Source: a virus (taxonomy: Duplodnaviria > Caudoviricetes). From it: DNA of 64,000 nucleotides. The first letter of the stretch is position 1. Each line of letters starts with the position of its first letter. Position numbers and translations under genes: made by a program. Positions 10,040 through 21,781 of the stretch are shown here, piece after piece. The DNA lies in IMG/VR virus record IMGVR_UViG_3300008113_000019, positions 1 to 64,000 of that record; one strand, 5' to 3'. The notes beneath the pieces were generated by a model. That model had not been told where the DNA came from, did no database searches, and saw only the letters and a list, made by a program, of their open reading frames with translations.

Positions 10040-10605
10040 TATCTAAACTTAGGACCTTGAATCCACGATACCAGAGATCTACGAACACCGCGTGTCACAG
10101 GAGTGACTCTATGATTTAAAAACGACGGGAACGCAATCACAGATCCCTTATCACGAATTGTAGATGGAAGAGCCGGATATTGTGGATCCAATTGAAAGTC
10201 TCCACCCTCGTATTCAGATGGATCAGTTAACTGAATCACCAAAGAGATCTTACGATCATATGCTGAAGGATTTCCCCAGAACGTATCACAGTGCCAATCA
10301 TACTTGCCATTTTCATCGGCTGAATACTTTGTGAACTGAATATCTGGCAAGTAATCTATATTAAACCCAAAAGCATTTCGATTTGCTTCTCTGGCAAAAT
10401 ACCAGAGTAAGTCGACAATAAACTTGCTTTGATAGTCGTTTGGATTAATCCAACGAATCTCACTCTTTCGAGTGTTGTTATTTGACGTGGATCCATCAAA
10501 TCCTAAACCAGCATTAGCAATAGGATATTGTTCTCCTACGTTAATGATATTATTGATTAGATCGTCGTTTAATTGGGCATGCCAAAATTGCCAAACTTGA
10601 TTCAT
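10039..10605 (-). CDS. 2OG-Fe(II) oxygenase (prolyl-4-hydroxylase-like/PiuC-like fold)
   Basis: HxD (WHCD), RKISLVIQL..YEGG, distal His (NHRVTPVTRG) and 2OG-binding Arg (RRSLVSW). Confidence 0.88.
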   Translation of the reverse strand: MNQVWQFWHAQLNDDLINNIINVGEQYPIANAGLGFDGSTSNNNTRKSEIRWINPNDYQSKFIVDLLWYFAREANRNAFGFNIDYLPDIQFTKYSADENGKYDWHCDTFWGNPSAYDRKISLVIQLTDPSEYEGGDFQLDPQYPALPSTIRDKGSVIAFPSFLNHRVTPVTRGVRRSLVSWIQGPKFR

Positions 10606-10628
10606 AGTATAGTCTCACTTTTTAAATA

Positions 10629-11195
10629 TTAAAATTCATTAAGATCAATTGTAATAGTAGCAGTATCTAGAATTGTTGTGTTTCCGGTTCTACGTAAATC
10701 TACAGTGAATGTTGTATATTGAGCATCGCCGCTGAATGTCGTTTGGTTGAACCAACTGCGAGTTCCTCCGGACATAGCCAACCAAACACCGGTAGAGTTA
10801 CCAGATAGAGAACCGGCAGTAACTGTAACTCTTACATCGAAAAGACTTCCAGCCGTGTTCGATGCAACCCATGTTTCCAAATCAATCGGATTAATACCGC
10901 CGGCTTGTGTAGAATATTGGATCTTACCGCCGGCAGTAACAAAGTAATACCCGTAACGTGTACCCGATCCCATTGAAGAAATCGTTTGATCCGTAATAGA
11001 AACAGTAATACCGGTACCATAGAAGCTAGAAAGACTAATTTGACCGCTAGTAGGAACCGCTCCGTTTGTGCCGCTTGTGCCAGCCGGCACAGAAGCACCG
11101 TTGGCATAATACTCGTTTATGCCAATTGGGTTTCCACCGCCAAATTCAGTTTGGACGTCGTTTAAAGATATAGCACCGGTAGTCTGTAATGGCAT
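10629..11195 (-). CDS. Putative fibre-tip adhesin (gp38-like N-terminus plus a beta-rich domain)
   Basis: N-terminus [30 protein letters not shown]...GQISLSSFYG of the type found after S74-chaperone fibres; C-terminal domain resembles that of 32087..32647. Confidence 0.55.
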   Translation of the reverse strand: MPLQTTGAISLNDVQTEFGGGNPIGINEYYANGASVPAGTSGTNGAVPTSGQISLSSFYGTGITVSITDQTISSMGSGTRYGYYFVTAGGKIQYSTQAGGINPIDLETWVASNTAGSLFDVRVTVTAGSLSGNSTGVWLAMSGGTRSWFNQTTFSGDAQYTTFTVDLRRTGNTTILDTATITIDLNEF

Positions 11196-11377
11196 TAGTT
11201 GTTTTCACTCACCTGACGTGGTTGTACTTGACCAGGCCCGCCGCCATCAGTAATAGCACCAGAACAATCAGTGCAATCGCCCGCACCAGGAGGTGCAGTT
11301 GGAGGTGTAGGTTCTGCTTCACAACCAGCAAGCACCATTGCACCAAGTACTAGTGCTAAAATTGAAGTCTTTTTCAT
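11195..11377 (-). CDS. Small lipoprotein (60 aa)
   Basis: MKK + hydrophobic core + lipobox LAGC; Pro-rich mature part with CxxC; translationally coupled on both sides. Confidence 0.75.
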   Translation of the reverse strand: MKKTSILALVLGAMVLAGCEAEPTPPTAPPGAGDCTDCSGAITDGGGPGQVQPRQVSENN

Positions 11378-12108
11378 AACTTTGTCTCCAGAGTGTTAAT
11401 TCTTTCATTTAACATATTTATATGGTCTTGCTGTTCTTTAATAGCTTGGAATGCCAGCGCACAAAGCTTTTCATAGTCGACAGCAAGAGTTCCATCGTTT
11501 CTTTTTCTGACAGCTAATGGGAAAACGCTTTCCACATCCTGCGCAATAACGCCGAAGTCTGATGATGTAACAAAGTAACCATCAGCACCGCCATGAGCAT
11601 CTAGATATTCTTTAGACCAATCAAATGTTTGACCACCAATTGCAACTACTTTATCTAAGGCATTTTCAATGGGTTTAATATTTTCTTTGAATTTTCTATC
11701 AGAAGAATAATATGCGGTAATGTTATTTGTTGCTCTGATTTCGCCAGTTGTACCTGAAGCTGGTGTACCGACGCCAAGAGATCCCATCTGAACGTTGGCA
11801 CTTGTACCATATCCAGAACCAGTAAACCCGGTCGGTCCTTGTGGTCCTGTTGGTCCAGTCGGGCCCGCTGTACCAGCAGATCCAGTGAAACCAGTAGAGC
11901 CGGTAGGACCGGCCGATCCGGTAAAACCGCGCGACCCAGTAAATCCAGTAGGACCGGCCGTGCCAGCAGAACCAGTGAAACCCGTTGGGCCAGAAGGACC
12001 TGCCGACGAAACATCCCATGTTCCATAAGCAGAACTATATGTCCATGTGATACCAGCAGACGTATATGTCTGACCGTTCGTAGGAGATCCTGGAAAATCT
12101 AATGGCAT
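11374..12108 (-). CDS. Short collagen-like tail fibre with C-terminal peptidase S74 intramolecular chaperone
   Basis: Gly-X-Y run, then [13 protein letters not shown]...[13 protein letters not shown]...VDYEKL...AIKEQ (S74 pattern). Confidence 0.8.
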   Translation of the reverse strand: MPLDFPGSPTNGQTYTSAGITWTYSSAYGTWDVSSAGPSGPTGFTGSAGTAGPTGFTGSRGFTGSAGPTGSTGFTGSAGTAGPTGPTGPQGPTGFTGSGYGTSANVQMGSLGVGTPASGTTGEIRATNNITAYYSSDRKFKENIKPIENALDKVVAIGGQTFDWSKEYLDAHGGADGYFVTSSDFGVIAQDVESVFPLAVRKRNDGTLAVDYEKLCALAFQAIKEQQDHINMLNERINTLETKL

Positions 12109-12140
12109 TTACTGTGTTTCCCTTAATTTTTTTTACAAGG

Positions 12141-12148
12141 TATTTATA
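12141..12148 (-). promoter_or_regulatory. T4-type late promoter TATAAATA
   Basis: Exact consensus overlapping the upstream stop, 33 bp before the short fibre. Confidence 0.75.
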
Positions 12149-12515
12149 TATTTAAATCGATGGGTTCTGCCCATGGCAAATTATTGCTATTTACTTCTAC
12201 TACTGGATGGACAATAGCATTGATTTGCTTGTAAATTTGTTCATCAATATGATCTTTATAAACCTGGTTATTATTAACCGTTTCTTTAATCCAATCGATA
12301 ACATGTGCTTCAGTCAGATCTTCGTATGAAGTAAAATTATTAGGATCTACTTGATCTAATTCAAATGAAGTGGCACCATAAAAAACTCCAGCATTCCCAT
12401 TTTCATCTGTTCCAGTACATTCCCAGTATGTTTGGACAATAATATCATTTAGTTGCAAAGAAGAATTGTCTTGTTTTTTAAGACCTTTAATTTTCCAATC
12501 ATATGTTAAGGACAT
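12144..12515 (-). CDS. Small fibre-associated protein (putative fibre assembly/chaperone)
   Basis: YDWKIKGLKK...IVQTYWECTGTD...FTSYEDLTEAHVIDWIK...LPW; a type I recognise as commonly following phage fibre genes. Confidence 0.55.
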   Translation of the reverse strand: MSLTYDWKIKGLKKQDNSSLQLNDIIVQTYWECTGTDENGNAGVFYGATSFELDQVDPNNFTSYEDLTEAHVIDWIKETVNNNQVYKDHIDEQIYKQINAIVHPVVEVNSNNLPWAEPIDLNI

Positions 12516-12517
12516 GA

Positions 12518-15500
12518 TTATTCTTTCTCCGATATACTAAGAATTTGTTGTTCCAATTTGTTTATATGAACCTGCTGTTCTTTAATAGCCTCAATGAGAA
12601 GAGGAATTATTTTTTCATATCGAACCGTCAAGTATTTTTCATCAATCGGCGCAGGAACAACAATTTCTGGAAGTACATTTTGCACTTCTTGAGCTGATAC
12701 CCCAACTTCTTTCTTCTTTTCATATCCAAGTGCTTGAGCTATTTCATTGGCTTCATAATAAAAACCATTTAAAGAAAGAACTTTTTCGACAGCATTATCA
12801 ATATTACTTATACGATTTTTTAGACGATCATCAGAATAGTACGCAGTAATGTTATTTGTTGCACGAATTTCACCGGTTGTACCAGATGCAGGAGTACCAA
12901 CACCAAGTGATCCCATTTGGACGTTAGCGGATGTACCATATCCAGATCCAGTGAAACCAGTAGTTCCTTGCGGGCCGGTTGGTCCTGTTGGACCGGTTGC
13001 ACCTCGAGATCCAGTAAAACCGGTTGGTCCCTGTGGGCCTGTCGGACCGGTTGGACCAGTTGCACCTTGAGATCCGGTAAATCCAGTTGTACCCTGTGGA
13101 CCAGTAGGACCTGTCGGACCAGTTGCACCTTGTGAACCTGTAAAGCCTGTAGCGCCACGAGATCCTGTATATCCAATTGGACCTTGTGGCCCTGTAGGAC
13201 CAGTTGGACCAGTGGCACCTTGAGATCCAGTGAAACCAATAGGTCCTTGTGGCCCTGTAGGACCAGTTGGACCAGTGGCACCCTGAGATCCGGTAAATCC
13301 AGTTGTACCCTGTGGACCAGTAGGACCTGTCGGACCAGTTGGTCCGGTGGCGCCTTGAGATCCAGTGAAACCGGTAGTTCCTTGGGGACCTGTTGGCCCG
13401 GTAGGTCCGGTGGCACCTTGAGATCCAGTGAAACCGGTAGTTCCTTGTGGTCCAGTAGGGCCTGTCGGACCAGTAGCACCTTGGCTACCGGTAAATCCAG
13501 TTGTACCCTGTGGACCAGTAGGACCTGTCGGACCAGTTGGTCCGGTGGCGCCTTGTGAACCTGTAAAGCCTGTAGCGCCACGAGATCCTGTATATCCAAT
13601 TGGACCTTGTGGCCCTGTAGGACCAGTTGGACCTGTTGCGCCCTGGGAACCGGTGAATCCGGTTGTACCCTGCGCTCCAATTGGTCCCTGCGGCCCGGTA
13701 GCTCCTTGAGAACCAGTAAAACCAATTGGGCCTTGTGGTCCAGTTGGTCCTGTAGGACCATTAGTGCCAGCAGATCCAGTAAAACCAGTAGTTCCTTGTG
13801 GACCGGTTGGGCCTGTTGGTCCATTAGTACCAGCAGATCCAGTGAAACCAATTGGACCTTGTGGTCCGGCTGGTCCTTGTGGCCCTGTAGGACCAGTAGC
13901 ACCTTGGCTACCTGTAAACCCAGTAGGTCCTGTTGGGCCAGTGGCACCTTGAGATCCAGTGAAACCGGTAGTTCCCTGGGGACCTGTTGGGCCAGTAGGA
14001 CCTGTTGCACCCTGACTACCTGTAAAACCGGTTGGTCCCTGTGGTCCTGTCGGTCCAGCAGACCCTGTATAACCAGGATTTGTAGACCAATATACAGCAC
14101 TGCCATTTGATACAAGCGCCTGGCCAGCAACACCAAATGTGCCGTTTGCTGAAATACCAGATGTAGAATTTAAAATAAGATGACGAGAAGCGCTAAATGT
14201 AGCATTTGCGCTAAATGTTGTAGCCCCATTAAATGTTACAGCATTTAAATTAGACGTAGAGGCCGGATCCAAATAAAATGCTGTATTATCTCTATCATAA
14301 AAGATTGGAGCATTTACTGCTACTGTACTTGATGTGTTTGCTGGAAACAGAGCATTTCCAAACTCATCAGTCGAATACAGATTTCTTTTACCGGCCGGAT
14401 ATCCGCCCCAACACTGCAACTTATATAGGTTAATATTGTTTGAAGGGAATGATGGATTCCATGTAGGAATGAAAACAATATAAATTTCGTGGAAGTGTGT
14501 GCCCTGCGTAGCAGTAGGATGGAATGGAATAGTCGAGAACGGCATCCAAAGGTGTGATGGCCAACCACCTACTGCAGTTGTTGAGTTGGTATGTTGTGTC
14601 CAACCAGCATCGCTGTCATGTTTCTTATAAATTTGAACTTGTGTCGAGTGTCCATTCCAAGACAAATAACCGTATAGAGCGTTGAGATACACGTAATTCT
14701 GGGCACGCATGCGAACACGGAAATACGCAGTACCGTTCGGAATTACAAGACTCGAGACACTATCACCGCCGACCAGCAGTCTTTTATTTGCATCTGTAGG
14801 CGAGGCATCAACCCAGGTAGTTCCGTTAGTAGATGTTTCAATCCAAATATTTGCAATAGGGTGGCGCTCTGTTTTATTATCAAACTGGCTATCAAACAAT
14901 GCCATTTCTGTGACAGTAGGAGCACCGAGATTTGATCTAGGAATACCTGTGGCTATTTGATTAAAGTATGCCCCAGAAAAGTTATTAACTACTGAGGTAC
15001 CGGCCGGGTCAATATAGAAAGCTGTATTGTTGCTATCATAGAAGATAGGAGCACGAACATCTACCGTATTTGTAGTAGACGCATCTGCTCGCATATAAGA
15101 ACCGGATGTCAATCCATTAAAGTGCGTTGCATATGTACCTGTAGTATTAGCAACTACAGTCGATCCCACCGTATAAACAGCCGTATTAACACCAGCCGAC
15201 ACATTTGCAAATCCGGAAATTGTAGTATTGCCGGCAGATAATGTACCGGTAATGCTAGTATTACCTGTTGCAAAAGTCAACCCTACTGTTGATAACTGTG
15301 TTGAAGTAATCTGCGCATATGTTGTTGGTATGCTATTTGCATCGTTGAACCCCGCGGCTGAACCCGAAGCCAATCTTAAATTGCTACCCCAGTTGGTATG
15401 CATTATATACCCACCATAATGACCAGCATTACTGTAGGTTTTGATAAACAGCTGATGACCATTCGTTCCGGAATTATACGTATCCGAAAGGTATACAAAG

Positions 15501-18500
15501 TTGCGGGGCTCGTGTGAAGATGTTAATGTATTTGGAGAAACATCCAGAGCACGGGCTGTTGTATTTAGTGTTGGAACTGTAGGGGTGAAAAGTACGGTAT
15601 TACCAGTAATGTTCGCAACGTTTGTTCCAGCAATTCTGAACGAGTGCAATCCGCCAGATCTTGTATCATAAATGTTACTTGTCGAGAATGAGAAACGATC
15701 GCGGGTTCCTGTTGAGTCATAAATTGCAAAGTTATCCGGCGAAATAATGTCATATCCACTTGCTAAGTGGACGTGTCCAGTTGCTAGATGGGCATTTCCT
15801 GATGCCCAAATATCACCGTCTTTATTAACACGGTATTTGAGTGTACCTTCACTATAACCGCTGTACAGCATTGCATTATTAGCTGTCCCGGACCAGGTAG
15901 CGGTTGTTGTTTTTGCTGTAACAACAGAATATTGAAGTGTTGCAGATGCCCCAGCCGCAGTATTCGCAATATGCGATACTTCAAGGTCTGATAATACACC
16001 AGAAGCAGTAGTGTTACTTCTAGCATCAGTTGTAGTAATGCCTACGTGTTCAGCAGCACCGGCTACTGTTGTAAATGCCGCGGCAGCGTTAAATGTAACA
16101 CCGCGGCTCCATGCTGCACCGGCCGCTTGGAAATAAAGTCTTTGGCCAGAAACAAATGCGGCATCAGAAGAAGTATAATATCTAGCTCTCCAATATTCTG
16201 ATCCAACACCGCCATTTGCAGAGCTATTAGCAGTTGAAATTGTTGTAAGGCCGGATCCGGTTGAAGTATTTGCAATAACTATCGCGCCATTTACAGAACG
16301 CAATCCGCCAGTTGAAATTTCAACATTCCCAGCAACAACTAGTTTTGAACCTGGTGCAGAATTTCCAATACCGACGTTGCCTGTATCAAATGCAATTCGC
16401 ATTCGTTCTTGTGATGTAGCACCATCATATGTGCGGAACAACATTGTTCCTGTAGTATTAGCTAAAACTCCAATATCAGCGTAACCGCCTGCCGAAAATC
16501 CAAATGATAATTTATTTGTTCCTTCAATGCGAGCACGACCCGATACAACAAATGCGTCGGTAAGATTTGACGTATTTGTTCCAATCCCGACTCGATTATT
16601 AGTAGAATCTATGAACAGAGTTCCAGCATCAATATTTGTGTTAGCTGCAATAGTAATTGTATTAGCGTTAATAGTTACACTGTCGGTTCCCGCGTCACCT
16701 AAAACAGTATTTCCACTGACATTTAAATCTACAACGTTAATAACATTAGCATTGTTAATACTAAAGTTATTCATATTAACGTTTGCTAAAGCGGTACCAC
16801 CCCACGATCCAGTGTATCCTTCAGGGCCTCTGGCTGATTCTTGTACCCATTGGACGGTGTTGCCATCATCATAGTAAACATATAATCTACCAGTATCAGA
16901 GTTCCACCAGGTGTCACCAGCAGATGGCGATGAAGGTGCAGTGTTTCCAATATAAGAATTGCCGCGAGAACCGGTAAACCCGCGAGACCCAGTAAATCCG
17001 ATTGGTCCTTGTGCACCTACAGATCCAGTAAATCCTGTAGTTCCTTGTGGTCCTGTTGGACCTTGCGGCCCGGTAGCTCCTTGAGAACCAGTAAATCCTG
17101 TAGTTCCCTGTGGCCCTTGAGGCCCAGTAGGACCGGTTGCACCCTGACTCCCGGTAAATCCGATTGGACCTTGTGCACCTACAGATCCAGTAAAACCAGT
17201 AGTTCCTTGTGGTCCTGTTGGACCTTGTGATCCTGTGAATCCAATCGGTCCCTGCGGACCTGTAGCACCTTGACTGCCTGTAAACCCAGTAGTACCCTGC
17301 GGACCAGTAGGACCAGTAGCACCTTGGCTACCAGTAAACCCAGTTGTTCCTTGAGGTCCCTGCGGGCCTGTTGTACCTTGGCTACCAGTAAACCCAGTTG
17401 TTCCTTGAGGTCCAGTTGGTCCTGTTGGTCCAGTGGCTCCTTGAGAACCAGTAAATCCTGTGGCGCCACGAGAACCAGTAAATCCAATTGGTCCTTGTGC
17501 ACCTACAGATCCAGTAAAACCAGTAGTTCCTTGAGCACCTTGTGAACCGGTGAAACCAATTGGTCCTTGTGCACCTACAGATCCAGTAAACCCAGTTGTT
17601 CCTTGCGGGCCTGTTGCACCTTGTGAACCAGTGAAACCAATAGGTCCTTGTGGTCCTGTAGAACCAGTTGCACCTTGGCTACCAGTAAATCCAATTGGAC
17701 CCTGAGGGCCACCGGCACCTTGAGAACCTGTGAAACCAGTAGTTCCTTGTGGTCCTGTTGGACCAGTAGCACCTTGGCTACCAGTAAAGCCAATAACACC
17801 TTGCGCACCCTGAGATCCAGTAAATCCTGTAGGACCACGAGAACCAGTGTATCCTTCAGGGCCTCTAGCCGACTCCTGAACCCACTGAACTGTATTACCA
17901 TCATTGTAATAAACATAAAGTCGGCCGGTATCAGAGTTCCACCAAGTATCACCGGCTGCAGGTGACGATGGTGCGGTATTTCCAATATAAGAATTACTAC
18001 GTGAACCGGTGAAACCGATACTGCCCGTGAAACCAATCGGACCCTGAGAGCCGGCAGATCCAGTAAATCCTGTAGTTCCCTGAGGCCCGGTTGGACCGGC
18101 TGGACCTTGGCTGCCTGTATATCCAACTGGACCTTGTGGTCCAGTTGGTCCTGTAGGTCCTGTAGATCCGGCAGCGCCTGCAGACCCGGTAAAACCAATT
18201 GGTCCTTGACTACCAAGAGAGCCTGTGAATCCGGTTGTACCTTGCGGGCCTGTAGGACCAACCGAACCAGTAAAACCAGTTGTGCCTTGAGGACCTTGTG
18301 CGCCCTGTGCACCAACTGAACCAGTAAATCCGGTCGCGCCCTGACTTCCAGTAAACCCGATTGGTCCCTGGGCACCAAGAGAACCGGTAAATCCAGTTGT
18401 ACCTTGAGAACCAGTAAAACCTAAAGGACCAGTTTGCCAAGTACCATCACCTCTTAACCAGGTAGTAGTATTAGCAGTCCCAGATCCTAATCTAGCGGTA

Positions 18501-18979
18501 TTAACAGTTCCGGCTGATAGATTTGATGCATTTGTATAAAATGATGCTGGTTGACCATTAAAATTGGTAGCATTATTTGCAGTTAATGCAGTATTAGATT
18601 GTCCAGAATAAAAAGTAGAATTAATAATAGTGCCGGCGATACTAATAGTACCATTAACAAAGGTATTTCCTTGAACATATAATTTGTGGGTATCTAAAGA
18701 TGTGCCAATTGATACATTGCCTGTAAGTTCGGCAATACGAACATCACCAGTATCATCAACCTCAATGGATGGAACGCCAGAAATATCGTTGACTGAAAAT
18801 ATTACACCGGTCATTGTATCAGAAATAGAAAACAACTGACCTGTATTGCCGCTAAAGGAAAGAACGTCAGAAGACAGCATTGAAGCCGTAATGACGTTAT
18901 TTGTATTCGTTTCGTTTACAAAAGCAATATTATTTGCTTGTAGTCCATTTTTGACTACAAACTTTTTATCGTTCGCCAA
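12518..18979 (-). CDS. Long collagen-like tail fibre (2153 aa, TTG start) with C-terminal S74 chaperone
   Basis: N-terminal FVVKNGL, long Gly-X-Y tracts, two 48-aa globular modules, central beta-rich region, C-terminal SDDRLKNRI...[14 protein letters not shown]...[16 protein letters not shown]. Confidence 0.85.
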   Translation of the reverse strand: MANDKKFVVKNGLQANNIAFVNETNTNNVITASMLSSDVLSFSGNTGQLFSISDTMTGVIFSVNDISGVPSIEVDDTGDVRIAELTGNVSIGTSLDTHKLYVQGNTFVNGTISIAGTIINSTFYSGQSNTALTANNATNFNGQPASFYTNASNLSAGTVNTARLGSGTANTTTWLRGDGTWQTGPLGFTGSQGTTGFTGSLGAQGPIGFTGSQGATGFTGSVGAQGAQGPQGTTGFTGSVGPTGPQGTTGFTGSLGSQGPIGFTGSAGAAGSTGPTGPTGPQGPVGYTGSQGPAGPTGPQGTTGFTGSAGSQGPIGFTGSIGFTGSRSNSYIGNTAPSSPAAGDTWWNSDTGRLYVYYNDGNTVQWVQESARGPEGYTGSRGPTGFTGSQGAQGVIGFTGSQGATGPTGPQGTTGFTGSQGAGGPQGPIGFTGSQGATGSTGPQGPIGFTGSQGATGPQGTTGFTGSVGAQGPIGFTGSQGAQGTTGFTGSVGAQGPIGFTGSRGATGFTGSQGATGPTGPTGPQGTTGFTGSQGTTGPQGPQGTTGFTGSQGATGPTGPQGTTGFTGSQGATGPQGPIGFTGSQGPTGPQGTTGFTGSVGAQGPIGFTGSQGATGPTGPQGPQGTTGFTGSQGATGPQGPTGPQGTTGFTGSVGAQGPIGFTGSRGFTGSRGNSYIGNTAPSSPSAGDTWWNSDTGRLYVYYDDGNTVQWVQESARGPEGYTGSWGGTALANVNMNNFSINNANVINVVDLNVSGNTVLGDAGTDSVTINANTITIAANTNIDAGTLFIDSTNNRVGIGTNTSNLTDAFVVSGRARIEGTNKLSFGFSAGGYADIGVLANTTGTMLFRTYDGATSQERMRIAFDTGNVGIGNSAPGSKLVVAGNVEISTGGLRSVNGAIVIANTSTGSGLTTISTANSSANGGVGSEYWRARYYTSSDAAFVSGQRLYFQAAGAAWSRGVTFNAAAAFTTVAGAAEHVGITTTDARSNTTASGVLSDLEVSHIANTAAGASATLQYSVVTAKTTTATWSGTANNAMLYSGYSEGTLKYRVNKDGDIWASGNAHLATGHVHLASGYDIISPDNFAIYDSTGTRDRFSFSTSNIYDTRSGGLHSFRIAGTNVANITGNTVLFTPTVPTLNTTARALDVSPNTLTSSHEPRNFVYLSDTYNSGTNGHQLFIKTYSNAGHYGGYIMHTNWGSNLRLASGSAAGFNDANSIPTTYAQITSTQLSTVGLTFATGNTSITGTLSAGNTTISGFANVSAGVNTAVYTVGSTVVANTTGTYATHFNGLTSGSYMRADASTTNTVDVRAPIFYDSNNTAFYIDPAGTSVVNNFSGAYFNQIATGIPRSNLGAPTVTEMALFDSQFDNKTERHPIANIWIETSTNGTTWVDASPTDANKRLLVGGDSVSSLVIPNGTAYFRVRMRAQNYVYLNALYGYLSWNGHSTQVQIYKKHDSDAGWTQHTNSTTAVGGWPSHLWMPFSTIPFHPTATQGTHFHEIYIVFIPTWNPSFPSNNINLYKLQCWGGYPAGKRNLYSTDEFGNALFPANTSSTVAVNAPIFYDRDNTAFYLDPASTSNLNAVTFNGATTFSANATFSASRHLILNSTSGISANGTFGVAGQALVSNGSAVYWSTNPGYTGSAGPTGPQGPTGFTGSQGATGPTGPTGPQGTTGFTGSQGATGPTGPTGFTGSQGATGPTGPQGPAGPQGPIGFTGSAGTNGPTGPTGPQGTTGFTGSAGTNGPTGPTGPQGPIGFTGSQGATGPQGPIGAQGTTGFTGSQGATGPTGPTGPQGPIGYTGSRGATGFTGSQGATGPTGPTGPTGPQGTTGFTGSQGATGPTGPTGPQGTTGFTGSQGATGPTGPTGPQGTTGFTGSQGATGPTGPTGPTGPQGTTGFTGSQGATGPTGPTGPQGPIGFTGSQGATGPTGPTGPQGPIGYTGSRGATGFTGSQGATGPTGPTGPQGTTGFTGSQGATGPTGPTGPQGPTGFTGSRGATGPTGPTGPQGTTGFTGSGYGTSANVQMGSLGVGTPASGTTGEIRATNNITAYYSDDRLKNRISNIDNAVEKVLSLNGFYYEANEIAQALGYEKKKEVGVSAQEVQNVLPEIVVPAPIDEKYLTVRYEKIIPLLIEAIKEQQVHINKLEQQILSISEKE

Positions 18980-19009
18980 AGTTCACTCTCCCTTTAGGCA
19001 TTTTGTTTT

Positions 19010-19017
19010 TATTTATA
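19010..19017 (-). promoter_or_regulatory. T4-type late promoter TATAAATA
   Basis: Exact consensus 31 bp upstream of the 2153-aa fibre. Confidence 0.8.
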
Positions 19018-20404
19018 ATCCGTATCGACCGCGATATGCTTCGAAGTGTGACATCATTTCAGTATTTGAAAGAGCCCTATCATATACATGCATGAAATAT
19101 ATGTCACCAACATATCCATAACCTGTAAATCCATATCCTATAGTTATTGTTCTGTCTTCTGTACTCAATAGAGTAGATGTAGGCCATTGGTTGACAGCAC
19201 TACTTACAAATGATCCATTTTTAAACCATACCACGTTATTTGAATTTCTTGTAACGCCAATAACTACTGTTTCGTTGTTAGCTAAAACAGGGCCAGAATA
19301 TCCTGAATATGAAGTTGTATTAGCGCCTGAACCAGAATAATAAATTAAAGTTCCATTTGTTTCTTGTGTAATTGTGCCAAAGGACCAATAAGATTGGTTA
19401 TATGGAGTTCTTCTTTGACTAAAATTTGTAGGACGCAGTCCCATAATAATAGTTTGTTCTGTAGCAAATGACACATTAGAACTATCGATAACAATTCTTT
19501 CTCTGTCATCATTAAGCGTATTGCCCACTGCACTACTAAAAGAAAAACTGCTACTTGATTTAACATTGTTTGGTATACGAATTTTTACTTTTTTTCTAAG
19601 ATCAAATTGATTTGTTTCATTAAAACCGGCCAGCAAACTAGTTAAACTCGGTTGCGTACCATCTACTACATCAACTCTCGGATCCCACCATTGCTGCTTT
19701 TCATTTGTTGTAGTAGAATAATACTGATATGATCTATGGGTCGCTCTCACCGTATCCGGGTGCCAAATACAGTCAGCTCCTGGAGCAATTTTTGTCCCGT
19801 CTCGCTTCCATACACCGCTTTCAGAATCTGGCGTTGTATTTGCTTGTGATCCTGCCGGCCACACGTGACCAACAAAAAGCACCCATTCATTGACAGTTGC
19901 TGCAGGAACAAGATCGCTATTATCAAATCTCCTACTCATAAAGTAAAAATTGGTATTTAAAGTTGTTCCGTCTGTCCTATTATATACGCCTATGTTAGTA
20001 TTATTTGCATTAAACCCATATAATCCAAGATATGCTCTGCCGTTGCCTATTATATCTTTTTTTCTAATCCATACGCTATATCTGTATTTCTTAGAAGCAT
20101 CTATTGTAAAGCGCTCAGTATTCCAGCCGCCGTCATCATTGCTAGCCGCATCATTAGAAGGAGATGACCAAATAACATCTATATTTCCGGCCGGTGTTAC
20201 ATCATAAATTCTTTCATTTTCGGCAGACGGTCCGTTGAGACTATAAAAAGTTAAAACACTGCCATTAGTAGTAGAATTACCAGTATTCCAAATCTTATTA
20301 AATAAAAGATTTGTGCTATACGTATTTGCCGAATTTATATTAACACCATCTATAGCAAATACCAAATTGCTAGATGGAAAATTAGGTCCAGAAAACACAG
20401 CCAT
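19013..20404 (-). CDS. LamG/concanavalin-A-like lectin-fold virion protein with an inserted domain
   Basis: NLVFAID at the N-terminus and C-terminal VYDRALSNTEMMSHFEAYRGRYGL, typical of phage LamG-like proteins. Confidence 0.7.
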   Translation of the reverse strand: MAVFSGPNFPSSNLVFAIDGVNINSANTYSTNLLFNKIWNTGNSTTNGSVLTFYSLNGPSAENERIYDVTPAGNIDVIWSSPSNDAASNDDGGWNTERFTIDASKKYRYSVWIRKKDIIGNGRAYLGLYGFNANNTNIGVYNRTDGTTLNTNFYFMSRRFDNSDLVPAATVNEWVLFVGHVWPAGSQANTTPDSESGVWKRDGTKIAPGADCIWHPDTVRATHRSYQYYSTTTNEKQQWWDPRVDVVDGTQPSLTSLLAGFNETNQFDLRKKVKIRIPNNVKSSSSFSFSSAVGNTLNDDRERIVIDSSNVSFATEQTIIMGLRPTNFSQRRTPYNQSYWSFGTITQETNGTLIYYSGSGANTTSYSGYSGPVLANNETVVIGVTRNSNNVVWFKNGSFVSSAVNQWPTSTLLSTEDRTITIGYGFTGYGYVGDIYFMHVYDRALSNTEMMSHFEAYRGRYGL

Positions 20405-21105
20405 TAAATACCGTACCTTCCTCTGACTGCATTATAGTTTTGATTCACTTCAGCTGATGTTAAGGCTCTTGTATAGCCAAGTATGATAGAATAATCAGCA
20501 TTAATTTCTGCATATGATGATGGAAATCTCAAGTCATTTGCTGTACCCACATTACCAGATATTGTAACATTATTTTCATACAAAGTTGTATTCACATATA
20601 ATTGAACTTTATTATTAATACGATCTACGACACATGTTAAAAAGTACCATTGATTTAAAGTAATACCTGTAATAGAATTAACATTAAAACTAGTTGCGCC
20701 AGTTGAGTATCCACCAAAATTAAAATATGGTACATTATTGTTATGAATAACTGCTAAAATATGCCATGATGTAGGATAACCTGTTTGTTCATATATACGA
20801 GCTTCAGCAGCTGTATCTACACTTGATGAGGCTTTAGGACGAACAAGAAATTGATATGTAAAACTATTAGTCCCATGATTACCAAGCCCGCCATTTTGCT
20901 CTCGAGCAAAAGCGCCTTGTGTGCCATTAAATGTTATATACTTACCAGTTGAATCATAAGTATATCCTGCATTCAAAGTAACATTATTACCGTTACTTAA
21001 ATTAAAAAGTGTTGATCCTGAACCCGGATAAGATTTGACATTTGAATAATCATATATAAAGTTTAAGTTACTTCGTACTATAGAAGCGCCATGACCTAAA
21101 CTCAT
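20404..21105 (-). CDS. LamG-like lectin-fold protein
   Basis: KSYPGSGSTLFNLS, LNQWYFLTCV, YTRALTSAEVNQNYNAVRGRYGI. Confidence 0.78.
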   Translation of the reverse strand: MSLGHGASIVRSNLNFIYDYSNVKSYPGSGSTLFNLSNGNNVTLNAGYTYDSTGKYITFNGTQGAFAREQNGGLGNHGTNSFTYQFLVRPKASSSVDTAAEARIYEQTGYPTSWHILAVIHNNNVPYFNFGGYSTGATSFNVNSITGITLNQWYFLTCVVDRINNKVQLYVNTTLYENNVTISGNVGTANDLRFPSSYAEINADYSIILGYTRALTSAEVNQNYNAVRGRYGI

Positions 21106-21776
21106 AATCCATACCTTCCACGATGTGCTTCAAAGTTCTGTTTAATTTCTGCGTCAGATAATGCTCGATTATATACCTTAATTGGACCCATTTCACAAAA
21201 ACTTGCCCATGATGTATCCCAGTTGCCAAAATAAACATCAAGATTAGGATTAATTGCAGTACCGGCGCCGGTTCCTATTAATGTGCCGTTAATGTATGCA
21301 GACTTGCCGCCTGAACCTGTAATACCTACAATATGAACCCATTGATTTAACTCGAGTGTTGTTGTAACACCAAATATTGACAAATTGGTCGATGCAGCAT
21401 TAGATGTCGTTCCTACAAATATTTGATGACCGCCTTGCCAGTAGTAATTAAAAATGCCTTGATAATAACTAGGCTGGCCAGCACCCCCTGTACCAGTATT
21501 ATTAATACCTGTGCGCTTATACCATATATCGACTGTAAAATTAGTATACGAAGACCAATCTTGTGACTGAATTCGAATTGCTTCAGTACGAGTATCAGGA
21601 TTCGTGAACACGCCATTTGATACGGACATACCATTTAGCAAAGCACCATTTTTTCCATTACCGCTTAAATCAGTTACAACAGTTCCAGATCCAGGATATG
21701 ATTTTAAATTTCCAGGGTCCCAATGAATAATGTTACCAGAACGTGCAATGTTTGTATTATAAACAATAGCCATCAT
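21102..21776 (-). CDS. LamG-like lectin-fold protein
   Basis: DPGNLKSYPGSGTVVTDLSGNG, LNQWVHIVG, VYNRALSDAEIKQNFEAHRGRYGL. Confidence 0.8.
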   Translation of the reverse strand: MMAIVYNTNIARSGNIIHWDPGNLKSYPGSGTVVTDLSGNGKNGALLNGMSVSNGVFTNPDTRTEAIRIQSQDWSSYTNFTVDIWYKRTGINNTGTGGAGQPSYYQGIFNYYWQGGHQIFVGTTSNAASTNLSIFGVTTTLELNQWVHIVGITGSGGKSAYINGTLIGTGAGTAINPNLDVYFGNWDTSWASFCEMGPIKVYNRALSDAEIKQNFEAHRGRYGL

Positions 21777-21781
21777 TCACC

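Noticed and set aside
10039-10605. Firm call of the oxygenase as a collagen prolyl-4-hydroxylase
   Set aside because: Fibre prolines sit at the X position rather than Y, and similar oxygenases are common in T4-like phages; kept only as part of a hypothesis
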